A stretch of DNA of 64,000 nucleotides from Eubacteriales bacterium (GTDB taxonomy: Bacteria; Bacillota; Clostridia; Oscillospirales; UBA644), in contig JAZTWH010000077.1 of NCBI GenBank assembly GCA_045635765.1, positions 10,369 to 74,368 of the forward strand. Direction: 5' to 3'. A program made the translations under genes and the position numbers. Below, piece after piece: positions 27,694 through 36,962 of this stretch. Every line of letters starts with the position of its first letter. The stretch's first letter is position 1. Below the pieces are notes generated by a model. That model did no database searches and was not told the DNA's origin. It worked only from the letters and a program-made list of their open reading frames with translations.

Positions 27694-29163
27694 TTATTTT
27701 TGTTTCAGCAGCCATTCCTTACGGCGGCGGGCGGAATCCCGTTTTGGCTTGGTGAACCATAAAAGGATGAGACAGGCACCTACCAGGATTGCCGCAAAGG
27801 AGAACAAAAGTCCAGGAGAAATATCGTTGGCCTTAAATTGGGACCACATGGTCAAAACCGCGTCATTCCGGTCCCCGAAATCCCTCATAATAAAACAACG
27901 GTCGACCACGGATTTCTCGGGATATTGGGCAGAAAACTGGCGTCCCAGTTCTGCGGTCTGAACCAGGATAGATCCATCTTCGGAGCAATAATCTTCCGAG
28001 ACGGTACCCTCAAAATAATAGGTCAGATCCACGGTGTATTCCCCTTCATCATCCCCGTACCAATCCTGAACCAATTCAAAGATCTCATCCCCGGCGATGA
28101 CGCTGGTATAACCGATAAATTCCATATTACGGGCGGCGACGGAGGGCTGGCAAAGATAATTGACGAAATCCTGGGCAAGCTCGGTATTTGCACCCTTGGG
28201 CATGACCCAGCCGTCGAACCAAACCGAACCGCCGTCCTCGGGCACGGAGAAGTTAAGCAGAACGCCGTCTTCTTCCTCGGCCAAATCCATGGAATAGACC
28301 GCATCCCCGGACCAAGCCTGATTGATATCGATCTTTCCGGAAACGATATCACTTTTTCCGCTGTCCACTTCAAGGCCGTAAATATTGCCCTTCATGGCCT
28401 TCAAGGCGGCACCGGCACCGGCAATGGTATCGTCGTCGGTACGATTCATCAGATCTCCCAGAGCAGTGCGGTACTCCCGCAGGGTTACACTTCCGTTATT
28501 CAACCGCTGATTCCAGGATTCGATCTCCGCTTTATGGGCGGCGACGACCGCAGGGATGTAGGCATCCCGGACGGAATCCTTAATAGTGATACGGTTCTTG
28601 TAATCCGTGTTCCAGAGGATTTCCCAGGACCGGGTATCCTCCTCCGCCACGGCTTCAGGATTGTAGATGATCCCGACGGTTCCCCACATATAGCCTACGG
28701 AATACTGATCGAATCCGTTTTCCTCAAAGACTTGCTTAATGTAGGGAGATGCGTAGTTATTATAATTTTCCAGTTTGGAATAATCAAATTTTTCCAAAGC
28801 AATGTTCTCGTCGGTTCCGTTTTCCGTGGCGGCGATCATCTTTTGGATGACATAATCCGACGGGCAGACCAAATCATACTGGGATTTCCCCGTTTTCAGG
28901 GTATTCAGCATGGTTTCGTTGGTTTCAAAGGTATCGTACTGGACGGAAACTCTTACTCCGGTGCGGGCATAATAATCCTCGGCCCAATCCTCCATCACGG
29001 AGGGAACCACCTGAGTCCCGTTATCGTCGGTACCGTCGTCAATATAATCCTGCCAATTGTAAACCCGGAGGGTCACCTCTGCGGCATCCGCCCCAAGTCC
29101 CATGGCTCCGAACAGAGACAGGGCCAAGGTAAAACACAAGGCAAGAGACAGAATCTTTTTCAC
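27694..29163 (-). CDS. potD: Spermidine/putrescine ABC transporter substrate-binding protein, enlarged (489 aa) and carrying a C-terminal TM anchor
   Basis: Signal peptide, then ...VTLRVYNWQDYIDD...YDLVCPSDYVIQKMI...(PotD-type SBP). Ends ...ISPGLLFSFAAILVGACLILLWFTKPKRDSARRRKEW. Confidence 0.85.
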   Translation of the reverse strand: MKKILSLALCFTLALSLFGAMGLGADAAEVTLRVYNWQDYIDDGTDDNGTQVVPSVMEDWAEDYYARTGVRVSVQYDTFETNETMLNTLKTGKSQYDLVCPSDYVIQKMIAATENGTDENIALEKFDYSKLENYNNYASPYIKQVFEENGFDQYSVGYMWGTVGIIYNPEAVAEEDTRSWEILWNTDYKNRITIKDSVRDAYIPAVVAAHKAEIESWNQRLNNGSVTLREYRTALGDLMNRTDDDTIAGAGAALKAMKGNIYGLEVDSGKSDIVSGKIDINQAWSGDAVYSMDLAEEEDGVLLNFSVPEDGGSVWFDGWVMPKGANTELAQDFVNYLCQPSVAARNMEFIGYTSVIAGDEIFELVQDWYGDDEGEYTVDLTYYFEGTVSEDYCSEDGSILVQTAELGRQFSAQYPEKSVVDRCFIMRDFGDRNDAVLTMWSQFKANDISPGLLFSFAAILVGACLILLWFTKPKRDSARRRKEWLLKQK

Positions 29164-29960
29164 CGTTTCCCTCCTTCTCCTTTCCCGTGCTTCTGACGGA
29201 CGTTGACCACAATGAGAAGCACCAGAGCAAACACAAAAATAAGGGTGGTCAGTGCCCGCAGCGTGGGGGGCAAGGTCCCCCGCTTGCTGGTAACGCCGTA
29301 AACGTAGGTAGACAAGGTCGTAAAGGATGCATCCCGGGTAAAGGCGGTAATAATGTAATCATCCAGCGACAACGTAACCGACAGAAGGAAACCGCTGAAG
29401 ATGCCGGGCATAATCTCCGGAAGGACGATCTTACGCAATGCCTGAGAGGGACGGGATCCCAGATCCAGGGCCGCTTCGTACACGTTCGGATCCATCTGCT
29501 GCAATTTGGGGTTAATGCTCAAGACCACAAAGGGCAGTGTCAAAACCACGTGGCCGATGAGAAGGGATATGAAATTGAACTGAACCCCGAAATAGACGAA
29601 CAGAATCGTAAGGGACAGAGCCGTTACAATTTCCGCATTCATAATGGGGATTTGAGAAACCCCCTCCAGGGCGGCCTTCATTTTCTTTCCGCTGTAATGG
29701 ATTCCGATTGCTCCCACCGTGCCGAGGACCGTAGAAACGGCGGCAGACGACAGGGCAACGATGACCGTATTGATCACGGCGGTAACGATCTCTTGATTTT
29801 TAAACAGATCGGGGTACAAATCCAAGGAAAACCCGGTCCAGGAGCCGATCACTTTAGCCTCGGTGAAGGAAAAGATCATCAGAACCAGGATGGGAGCGTA
29901 CATCAAAAGGAGCATGATGCCGACGTAAATACGGGCGAGAATACGAGTCGATTTTTTCAT
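29160..29960 (-). CDS. potC: Spermidine/putrescine ABC transporter permease
   Basis: [32 protein letters not shown]... with EAA loop ...YEAALDLGSRPSQALRKIVLPEIMPG. ATGA overlap with potB; the track N-terminal extension is rejected. Confidence 0.88.
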   Translation of the reverse strand: MKKSTRILARIYVGIMLLLMYAPILVLMIFSFTEAKVIGSWTGFSLDLYPDLFKNQEIVTAVINTVIVALSSAAVSTVLGTVGAIGIHYSGKKMKAALEGVSQIPIMNAEIVTALSLTILFVYFGVQFNFISLLIGHVVLTLPFVVLSINPKLQQMDPNVYEAALDLGSRPSQALRKIVLPEIMPGIFSGFLLSVTLSLDDYIITAFTRDASFTTLSTYVYGVTSKRGTLPPTLRALTTLIFVFALVLLIVVNVRQKHGKGEGGKR

Positions 29961-30754
29961 AGCATCGTACCTCTGACGTCGTCTTCTTTCTGTACGTTCT
30001 TCGTCGCGAACATACCACCGGCAATCAAAAGCAACATGACCACCGCCACGATGCTTCCCATATGCCACAGGCCCTGATCAAAATACAACTGGATACTGTT
30101 CCCGATCAAGGACAGTTTCCGTTCTCCCATAACGTCGCTGATGACGTAAGAGGACATGGTAGGCATAAAGACCATGGTTGCCGCCGAGACGATCCCCGGA
30201 GCCGTCATGGGAAGGATCACCTTCCCAAAGGTCTGCCAAGGACGAGCCCCCAGATCGGAGGATGCTTCGATCTGACTGTAATCCAGCTTCGTCATGGTGG
30301 TATATAAGGGGAGAATCACGAAGGGGAGGTAATTATATACCATACCGATCATTGTGCAGAGATAGGGGTGTTCCCCGCCGTTCAGCCCCACCCAGTAAAG
30401 AAGATCCCGGGTTGCCGCCGTGCGAAGGACGAAGTTAATCCACATGGGCATCACGAACAGCAATACAATGGCCGTAGGCATTTTCATTTCCCGATGGGCA
30501 AGAAAATAGGCAATGGGATACCCCAACAGAAGGCAGATGACCGTATTTGCGGCTCCGATAATAAAGGAGACAAGTATGGTATTGATATTGGATGCACTCC
30601 CGAACAGAGAGGCCAGGTTTTGGAAGGTAAAATTCCCGTCTGCGTCGGTGAAGGCGTATCCCAAGATCAAAATCAGCGGAATCAGGACGAACAAAACCAT
30701 AAACACGCCGTAGGGAAGGGCGAGCCACTTGCGGGTAAACTTAATTTTTGACAT
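29957..30754 (-). CDS. potB: Spermidine/putrescine ABC transporter permease
   Basis: [27 protein letters not shown]... ...[36 protein letters not shown]. Confidence 0.88.
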   Translation of the reverse strand: MSKIKFTRKWLALPYGVFMVLFVLIPLILILGYAFTDADGNFTFQNLASLFGSASNINTILVSFIIGAANTVICLLLGYPIAYFLAHREMKMPTAIVLLFVMPMWINFVLRTAATRDLLYWVGLNGGEHPYLCTMIGMVYNYLPFVILPLYTTMTKLDYSQIEASSDLGARPWQTFGKVILPMTAPGIVSAATMVFMPTMSSYVISDVMGERKLSLIGNSIQLYFDQGLWHMGSIVAVVMLLLIAGGMFATKNVQKEDDVRGTML

Positions 30755-32258
30755 ACTTCGACGCCTCCCCACGCAGTTTCAGGCGAATCTTCTCCCCGGG
30801 GATGCGAACGGAGACCCGGTCGTATTCATTCCAAGTGTATTCCGTATCAACCACAAAATCCTCATCGTCCTCGGTGCGGATAATGACCTGGTAGTGATTG
30901 CCGAGGTAAATCATGGAGACGATCTTTCCGCAAACGACGCCGCTGTCCTCATTATCGATAATTTCGATGTCGGAGAACGCAACGTCGGCAAATACGTCGG
31001 CGTCTTTAAAGTCGTATTTCTTTCCGTCGGGGGCGATGACGTAACCGTCCTCGTCCAATTTGGATCCGGGGATCAACTGCGTTACGTCGCAGTCGAAGGT
31101 GCCCCCCGCGATGACGACCCGGTTGTCATTGTCGATGTAGGCATCATCGTAAACGTTGGAAAGCATATCCTTCTTCATAATATGGATCAGGTCGGGAGCG
31201 ATGTTGACCGCTACCGGGATCCCGGTTTCCATATTTTCGGTGGATTGAATGGTCACCTCGTTGCGGCCAACCATCATGGTGTATTCGTAGTGGATTCCTT
31301 TGAATACCTTTTCGGTCAAAATTCCGTCGATCATGCCCTTGCCCGGTTCCGCAAACTTTACGTCCTCGGGGCGGACCACCACGTTGACCTTTTCGTTTGC
31401 GGGGAAATCGTCCACGCAGTCGAAAATATGATTCAGGAACCGCACCTTGCGGTTGCCCATGTAAGTTCCCTCGTAGAGATTGCTCTCCCCGATAAAGTCG
31501 GCAACGAAAGCATTTTTCGGCTCGTTGTAAATATCCTCGGGGGTCCCGATCTGCTGAATACAGCCGTCCTTCATGACCACGATAGTATCGGACATGGTCA
31601 GAGCTTCCTCCTGATCATGGGTCACGTAAATAAAGGTAATGCCCAGTTTGCGGTGCATTTCCTTCAGTTCCAACTGCATTTCCTTCCGCATCTTAAGATC
31701 CAAAGCACCGAGAGGTTCATCCAAAAGAAGGATCTGAGGTTCGTTGACGATGGCACGGGCAATGGCGATCCGCTGCTGCTGTCCGCCGGAGAGGGTGGAA
31801 ATATCTCTCCATTCAAACTCCTCCAGATCAACGATCTTCAGGGCGTCCGTAACCCGCTTGGAAATCTCTGCTTTGGTCAACTTGCGGTACTTTGTGATCT
31901 TGTTCCCGTTACGATCCGTGGCCTCATAGGGGATTCGCTTCAGCTTCAAACCGAAGGCAACGTTATCGTACACGTCAAGATGGGGGAAAAGTGCGTACTT
32001 CTGAAAGACCGTATTGACGGGCCGTTCATAGGGGGGAAGGGCGGAAATATCCTCCCCGTTCAGAAGAATCTTCCCGGATGTAGGATGCTCGAACCCCGCA
32101 ATCATACGCAGAGTCGTGGTCTTGCCGCACCCGGACGGACCAAGAAACGAAACAAATTCGCCTTTGTTGACGTAGAAGTTGAAGTTATCCACCGCAGTGG
32201 TCTCGTTGTAAGACTTCGTAACTCCGATCAACTCAATGATGACATTTTCTTTTTCCAT
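30741..32258 (-). CDS. potA: Spermidine/putrescine ABC transporter ATPase with a duplicated C-terminal TOBE-like domain (505 aa)
   Basis: Walker [11 protein letters not shown]-loop [36 protein letters not shown]. Two successive beta-rich C-terminal modules. Confidence 0.9.
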   Translation of the reverse strand: MEKENVIIELIGVTKSYNETTAVDNFNFYVNKGEFVSFLGPSGCGKTTTLRMIAGFEHPTSGKILLNGEDISALPPYERPVNTVFQKYALFPHLDVYDNVAFGLKLKRIPYEATDRNGNKITKYRKLTKAEISKRVTDALKIVDLEEFEWRDISTLSGGQQQRIAIARAIVNEPQILLLDEPLGALDLKMRKEMQLELKEMHRKLGITFIYVTHDQEEALTMSDTIVVMKDGCIQQIGTPEDIYNEPKNAFVADFIGESNLYEGTYMGNRKVRFLNHIFDCVDDFPANEKVNVVVRPEDVKFAEPGKGMIDGILTEKVFKGIHYEYTMMVGRNEVTIQSTENMETGIPVAVNIAPDLIHIMKKDMLSNVYDDAYIDNDNRVVIAGGTFDCDVTQLIPGSKLDEDGYVIAPDGKKYDFKDADVFADVAFSDIEIIDNEDSGVVCGKIVSMIYLGNHYQVIIRTEDDEDFVVDTEYTWNEYDRVSVRIPGEKIRLKLRGEASKYVKN

Positions 32259-32629
32259 GTTCACCACTCCAAGATTAGAATTTTGCTTCTTTCAATCCTT
32301 TCTTCGCCGCAGTTTTGAACTTTGGATTCATCCCCTTTGGCTGCGTTTCCAAGAGTTGACTTTGATAACCTCAGTATGGCTCTTCCAACTATATTTTTAA
32401 GTAAGCAAGGAAAGTGTATCATCTTTGTATGACAAAAGATTGTCAAATAGATAAATTTTTTCGCTCGTTTTGTCAATTTTTTTCCCTCAAAATCCATTGA
32501 AACTATCGCGTTCCGGAAGAATTTTACAATTCCGAAGGACACCCCTCGAAAAAAAGGGAGATTCGTCCCATAAGCAGTACAATTGACGATTTTCATTTGT
32601 GAATAAAATATTACATTCTCAAAAAAGGC

Positions 32630-32658
32630 TTGCTTTTCCAAAAAAAATATGCTATACT
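32630..32658 (+). promoter_or_regulatory. tRNA-Arg promoter
   Basis: TTGCTT-17 nt-TATACT with an extended TGc, about 38 nt upstream of the tRNA. Confidence 0.55.
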
Positions 32659-32695
32659 ATTTTGAGGAAAATCCCATTGACAAAATTGCATACGT

Positions 32696-32772
32696 GTACC
32701 CGTAGCTCAGCTGGATAGAGTGTCAGACTCCGACTCTGAAGGTCGAAGGTTCGAATCCTTTCGGGTACGCCA
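32696..32772 (+). tRNA. tRNA-Arg (CCG)
   Basis: GTACCCGTAGCTCAGCTGGATAGAGT, anticodon arm TCAGA-CTCCGAC-TCTGA, T-loop GGTTCGAATCC, encoded CCA. Confidence 0.88.
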
Positions 32773-32777
32773 AAATT

Positions 32778-32804
32778 CCGAGGACAGCCGTCCTCGGGAT
32801 TTTT
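32778..32804 (+). terminator. tRNA-Arg terminator
   Basis: CCGAGGAC-agcc-GTCCTCGG followed by gattttt. Confidence 0.8.
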
Positions 32805-32845
32805 ACCTATAAAACCCTTTTGCCCATAAAAGAAGACTGCGTAAG

Positions 32846-32915
32846 GCGGACAGTTAGACTGACTGACGAGCAGACATACGGACGGGCTCACGGACGAACT
32901 AACGGACGAACGGTC
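32846..32915. repeat. Short direct repeats with 12-nt period (ACGGACGnnnnn, 3 clear copies plus degenerate flanks)
   Basis: ACGGACGGGCTC / ACGGACGAACTA / ACGGACGAACGG start at 32878, 32890 and 32902. They are preceded by GCGGACAGTTAG and GACTGACTGACG. Confidence 0.55.
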
Positions 32916-33006
32916 GGCCCCCTCATTCTCTTCGATGGACAAAAGCGGAATATCCCCGGGAATTGACTGCAAATCTACTAGATTATATTAGAAAGAAGTA
33001 ATCATT

Positions 33007-34326
33007 ATGGCAACGACTCTACTCTCTGTTTCCATCGCACTTTTAGCGGGACTTTTAATGACCCGACTGTTTAAACCTCTGAAATTACCCTCGGTGACGG
33101 CATATTTGATTGCCGGCGTCCTGGTGGGCCCCCACGGTCTTGGCATGCTGCGTCAGGACGGCTTGGGCTTCACCTCCCACGAGGCCATGGAAGGCCTGGC
33201 CATGATTTCGGAGGTAGCTTTGGGCTTTATTGCCTTTTCCATTGGGAATGAATTCCGCCTCTCCGACTTAAAAAAAACCGGCAAGCAAGCCACCGTTATC
33301 GGAATTTTACAAGCCTTGACGGCCACGGTGCTGGTAGATTTAGGATTGTTTGGCTTACATCTTCTGATTCCCGAAATCCTTTCCCTTTCGACCGTATTGG
33401 TGCTGGGTGCCATTGCGACGGCCACGGCCCCTGCCGCAACGCTGATGGTGGTCCGGCAGTACAAGGCAAAAGGGCCTTTGACCAAACTGCTTTTACCAAT
33501 CGTTGCCTTGGATGATGCTGTTGGATTAGTAATTTTTGCAATTTCCTTTGGAATTGCCCGGGCTTTGGGCAGCGGATCGGTGGACCTGATCTCCATTATT
33601 GTCAACCCCATCGTAGAAATTGCGGGATCCCTGCTTTTGGGTGCCATTATGGGATGGATTCTGACGCAACTGGAACGGCTGTTTAATTCCAATACAAACC
33701 GATTGAATCTGACCATTGCATTCGTATTTCTTACGGTATCCCTGGCCATGATCGACTTCCACGTCGGGCCCATACACATCCAGTTCTCGTCCCTTTTGGT
33801 GTGCATGATGCTTGGGACGGTATTCTGCAACATCTGCCCTCTTTCCCACGATCTGATGGAACGGTCCGACAAATGGACCTCTCCCCTCTTTGCTCTGTTT
33901 TTCGTTATCAGCGGGGCAGAATTGAATTTGGAAATTCTGCAAAACGGGTTCGTGGTTTTAATCGGCATAGTCTACATTCTGACCCGTTCCGCGGGGAAAT
34001 ACGTCGGAACCTTCGGAAGTGCAAAACTGGTCAAATGCGAGCCGAAAATCTGCAAATTTTTAGGGATCACACTGTTGCCCCAGGCCGGAGTTGCCCTTGG
34101 AATGTGCACCATCGCCGCGGCAGCACCGGAATTGGGTGGCGGAGGAGAAATTATTCGCAACGTCACGCTGTTTTCCGTTCTGGTGTACGAATTGTTTGGC
34201 CCCCTGCTGACCCGGATGTCCCTGCAGGCCGCCGGAGAAATTACCCCCATACCGGAGCACGTTAAAAACCGCCGTCATCATAAGCTCAACGAAGCAAAAG
34301 AAAATCGGAATCAGCAGGAACCGTAA
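33007..34326 (+). CDS. Cation:proton antiporter (CPA2 / Kef-NapA type)
   Basis: 439 aa and about 12 TM helices. ...VTAYLIAGVLVGPHGLG...ISEVALGFIAFSIGNEF... is typical of the Na_H_Exchanger family. Confidence 0.88.
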   Translation: MATTLLSVSIALLAGLLMTRLFKPLKLPSVTAYLIAGVLVGPHGLGMLRQDGLGFTSHEAMEGLAMISEVALGFIAFSIGNEFRLSDLKKTGKQATVIGILQALTATVLVDLGLFGLHLLIPEILSLSTVLVLGAIATATAPAATLMVVRQYKAKGPLTKLLLPIVALDDAVGLVIFAISFGIARALGSGSVDLISIIVNPIVEIAGSLLLGAIMGWILTQLERLFNSNTNRLNLTIAFVFLTVSLAMIDFHVGPIHIQFSSLLVCMMLGTVFCNICPLSHDLMERSDKWTSPLFALFFVISGAELNLEILQNGFVVLIGIVYILTRSAGKYVGTFGSAKLVKCEPKICKFLGITLLPQAGVALGMCTIAAAAPELGGGGEIIRNVTLFSVLVYELFGPLLTRMSLQAAGEITPIPEHVKNRRHHKLNEAKENRNQQEP

Positions 34327-34449
34327 TTCCATATCAAGGCTTCCCGACCAGTTCGGGAAGCCCTTTGTTTTGCAAAGCTCCCCCCCCCGGAGAGATTCCA
34401 TATCAGGGCTCTCCGACCTTTTGGGGAGACCTTTGTTTTGCAAAGCTCC
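34327..34449. repeat. Two ~55-bp direct repeats (period 68 bp, ~80% identical), each a hairpin followed by cTTTGTTTTGCAAAGCTCC
   Basis: Copy 1 spans 34327-34381 and copy 2 spans 34395-34449, separated by a C9 run. The hairpins are GGCTTCCCGA/TCGGGAAGCC and GGcTCTCC/GGAGACC. Confidence 0.7.
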
Positions 34450-34473
34450 CTCGAAGAATTCGGTAGACTTTGC

Positions 34474-34517
34474 AAAAAAACACCCGAAGAAGCGTTGACT
34501 TCTTCGGGTGTTTCTTT
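34474..34517. terminator. Bidirectional terminator between the antiporter and the ROK-kinase operon
   Basis: A7 run, then the 13-bp stem ACACCCGAAGAAG-cgttga-CTTCTTCGGGTGT, then ttcttt. Confidence 0.7.
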
Positions 34518-34609
34518 AATTTCAGTGACTTGCATCAAAGATTTTAGACTTGCATGGGTTGATAAAAGCGAAAAAATCGCCTCCATCCTCCCTAAGAATC
34601 AATCTGATC

Positions 34610-35509
34610 TTATTTGCAGGCAAAGGCAGCACCGACAAGCGGAGCAAGCTCCCCTAAGGCCGCTCGTTCCAGTCGGGGAAGTTCCCCGGAGGAATAGCAA
34701 TGAGTACGGACGTATTCGATGAGGGGATTCAGGAAATCATCCTCCTTGCTCATGCCGCCGCTAAAAAGAACGGCGTTGGGAGACAAGAGATTCACCGCCG
34801 TAACGATGGTATTCCCCAGGGTAACGATCGCTTCATCAATAGCCTTTTTGGCTTCGCTGTGGCCGTTTCGAGCCGCTTCAAAGAGATCTCTGGAGGTCTT
34901 ACCCTCGCCCAAAAGGAGACTGGCCGTAATATCCAGTCCTCCCCCGGCACAGTATTTCTCCATACAACCCCGTTTTCCGCAACCGCAGAGTCTTCCGTTG
35001 GGAACCACGGGAACATGGCCCATTTCGCCTGCGGCACCCAGGGCACCGTTGTAGATCTTGCCGTCGATCACCATTCCCGTACCGATTCCGGTGCCGAGGG
35101 TAATACAGATCAGCGTATCCGTACCCTTTCCGCCGCCGCAGGTGTATTCCCCCCAAGCGGCCGCCCGGGAGTCCTGGAGCATCAGGACGGGGAGGTTCAG
35201 CGTTTCAGACAGTTTATCGGCGAAATCCTCGGACAGGATGGCAATATTGGGAGCCTTGAGGATTCGTTTGCCGTCACTGCTGACCGTGCCGGGAATTCCC
35301 ACCCCGCAGGAGACGATGTCCCCGGCGGAAATTTCACATTCCTTGCACAGTTCTTCCACTACGGCTTTGATCTCTTCCGTAACGTTGGAAACGGATTTCA
35401 CTTTCAGATTGCGAAGGGCCGCAACCGTAGCGGATCCGTCTTCTTCTTGCCGAAGGATTCCGATATTGATCTTGGTACCGCCCACATCCAAGCCAAGTCT
35501 ATAGATCAA
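34610..35509 (-). CDS. ROK family sugar kinase
   Basis: LGLDVGGTKINIG and the zinc motif GHVPVVPNGRLCGCGKRGCMEKY. The TTG start overlaps the rpiB stop (TTGA) and lies 5 nt after GGAGGGA. Confidence 0.88.
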   Translation of the reverse strand: MIYRLGLDVGGTKINIGILRQEEDGSATVAALRNLKVKSVSNVTEEIKAVVEELCKECEISAGDIVSCGVGIPGTVSSDGKRILKAPNIAILSEDFADKLSETLNLPVLMLQDSRAAAWGEYTCGGGKGTDTLICITLGTGIGTGMVIDGKIYNGALGAAGEMGHVPVVPNGRLCGCGKRGCMEKYCAGGGLDITASLLLGEGKTSRDLFEAARNGHSEAKKAIDEAIVTLGNTIVTAVNLLSPNAVLFSGGMSKEDDFLNPLIEYVRTHCYSSGELPRLERAALGELAPLVGAAFACK

Positions 35510-35952
35510 AACGTTCCCTCCTCGATGGCGGAGATCATTTCGATTCTCTTCCCGTGTCTTCCGCCCTCAAATTCTGCGTTCAAGAACGCATCGACGATGG
35601 TTTCCGCAGTAGCGGTTCCGATGACTCTGGCACCGAAAGCAATAATATTTGCGTTATTATGCTGACGGGTCAGGGCCGCAGAGTAAGGCTCGGAGCAAAC
35701 GGCAGCCCGGATGCCCTTTACCTTATTTGCTGCCATAGAAATACCGATTCCGGTCCCGCAGATCAAGATACCAAGATCACATTCTCCGGAGGCAACGGCA
35801 TCCGCAACCTTCTTCCCGTAAACGGGATAGTCCACACGGTCTTCCTCATCGGTTCCGAAATTGACAAGTTCGTATCCTTTTTCGGTAAGATACCGCACGA
35901 TATGGTTTTTCATTTCTACTGCAACGTGGTCGTTTCCAATGGCAATTTTCAT
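35506..35952 (-). CDS. rpiB: RpiB/LacA/LacB family sugar-phosphate isomerase
   Basis: MKIAIGNDHVAVEMK...GILICGTGIGISMAANKVKGIRAAVCSEPYSA...RQHNNANIIAFGARV..., collinear with E. coli RpiB. Confidence 0.9.
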   Translation of the reverse strand: MKIAIGNDHVAVEMKNHIVRYLTEKGYELVNFGTDEEDRVDYPVYGKKVADAVASGECDLGILICGTGIGISMAANKVKGIRAAVCSEPYSAALTRQHNNANIIAFGARVIGTATAETIVDAFLNAEFEGGRHGKRIEMISAIEEGTF

Positions 35953-35964
35953 AATCATTCCTCT

Positions 35965-36951
35965 TTAATCGCACTTTACAGCGCCTTTGATGTATCCGTT
36001 TGCATAACTTTCCAGATCACGGTTGGCCCGGTCGAATTCTTCCATGGGATAGATATGATTGGTAACCCCTTTGAAATCCCAGGTGCCGTTGGCAATCAGT
36101 TCAAGACAACGCAAACAAAGACTGTGTTCATACATAATACGCCGTTCATGGCAGTTGATGATGGTCATGGCCTTATAGTTCCACAGTTTAAAGTCCACGG
36201 TCCGCATAGCGTCGTTGTGGTATCCGCCGACTCCGAGTTTCCCATGGGCACAGACCATTTCCGCCGCAAGGGCCAAGCCGTCCGGGGTGCCGGTAAACTC
36301 CAGAACGTTTTCAAACCCGAGACTGAAAATATCGGTATGATACCCGTCTCTGGTCAGATTCGGAGCACCCATGGTTTCCCAGTTCAACTTGTAATACAAG
36401 GGAAGCTCTTCCGGAGTATAGATCTCCGTAGCTCCGAACCGCTTTGCGTTTTCGAGAGCCTCGGGACGCTTATCGACGGCTACGATATTGGTATAGCCCA
36501 TAGCCTTCAGAAGGGAAATGGAGCCTAAGCCCATATATCCGCATCCAACCACGGCAATGGTATCGCCGATGGCCTCCGGCTTCATCTTGATACAAGCACT
36601 CATAATGCAAGCAAGGGGTTCCACGATGGCGTCCTCGTCCGCCAGGGAATCGGGGACGTGGCACACTTTGTCCTTATGCATTACGATGTATTCCTTGTAT
36701 CCGCCGCCGCCGAGCCCGGTGATCCGGTCTCCGACCTTCCAGCCCGTGACGTTCTTTCCGAAATCCTCCACGACCCCCACGGCTTCGTGGCCGAATCGAC
36801 GGCCCTTTTCCGCAGTAAGCCAAGGATAATATTCCGAATGGCAAATGCCCGTATAGGTCACCCGGACCAAGATCTGATCGTCTCCGAAGGAGGGACGTTC
36901 GATCTCAATCACTTGAGATTTCCCCGGAGAGACCATTTCAATGCATTTCAT
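35965..36951 (-). CDS. Zn-dependent medium-chain dehydrogenase (polyol/sorbitol dehydrogenase-like)
   Basis: ...GICHSEYY...GHEAVGVVEDFG... and Rossmann motif VVGCGYMGLGS. Confidence 0.85.
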   Translation of the reverse strand: MKCIEMVSPGKSQVIEIERPSFGDDQILVRVTYTGICHSEYYPWLTAEKGRRFGHEAVGVVEDFGKNVTGWKVGDRITGLGGGGYKEYIVMHKDKVCHVPDSLADEDAIVEPLACIMSACIKMKPEAIGDTIAVVGCGYMGLGSISLLKAMGYTNIVAVDKRPEALENAKRFGATEIYTPEELPLYYKLNWETMGAPNLTRDGYHTDIFSLGFENVLEFTGTPDGLALAAEMVCAHGKLGVGGYHNDAMRTVDFKLWNYKAMTIINCHERRIMYEHSLCLRCLELIANGTWDFKGVTNHIYPMEEFDRANRDLESYANGYIKGAVKCD

Positions 36952-36962
36952 GTTGCAAATCC

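Noticed and set aside
27838-29196. 452-aa + ORF opposite potD
   Set aside because: It is an antisense shadow with repetitive Gly/Ile/Asp-rich sequence. The PotD frame carries the signal peptide and the SBP motifs.
30729-32318. 529-aa + ORF opposite potA
   Set aside because: It is an antisense shadow. The minus frame carries the Walker A, signature and Walker B motifs.
32259-32629. Structured regulatory RNA in the ~370-nt AT-rich region upstream of potA
   Set aside because: I found no convincing promoter-to-leader architecture, terminator/antiterminator pair or known motif. The 126-aa ORF there (32261-32641) has no RBS and an implausible sequence. I leave it as unexplained intergenic DNA.
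32652-32972. 106-aa minus ORF with a repetitive SSVSSSVSPSV stretch
   Set aside because: It covers tRNA-Arg on the opposite strand together with the 12-nt DNA repeats. The repetitive peptide is a by-product of those repeats.
32806-33006. c-di-AMP (ydaO-type) or other riboswitch upstream of the cation/proton antiporter
   Set aside because: The candidate promoter lies only about 20-40 nt from the ATG. The upstream repeats are therefore probably untranscribed DNA, and none of the conserved ydaO segments were recognisable.
32846-34517. Possible CRISPR array, considering both the 12-nt repeats and the 68-bp-period repeats
   Set aside because: The repeat units are too short or too few. The intervening spacers are not unique sequences of regular length. 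No cas genes are present anywhere in the window.
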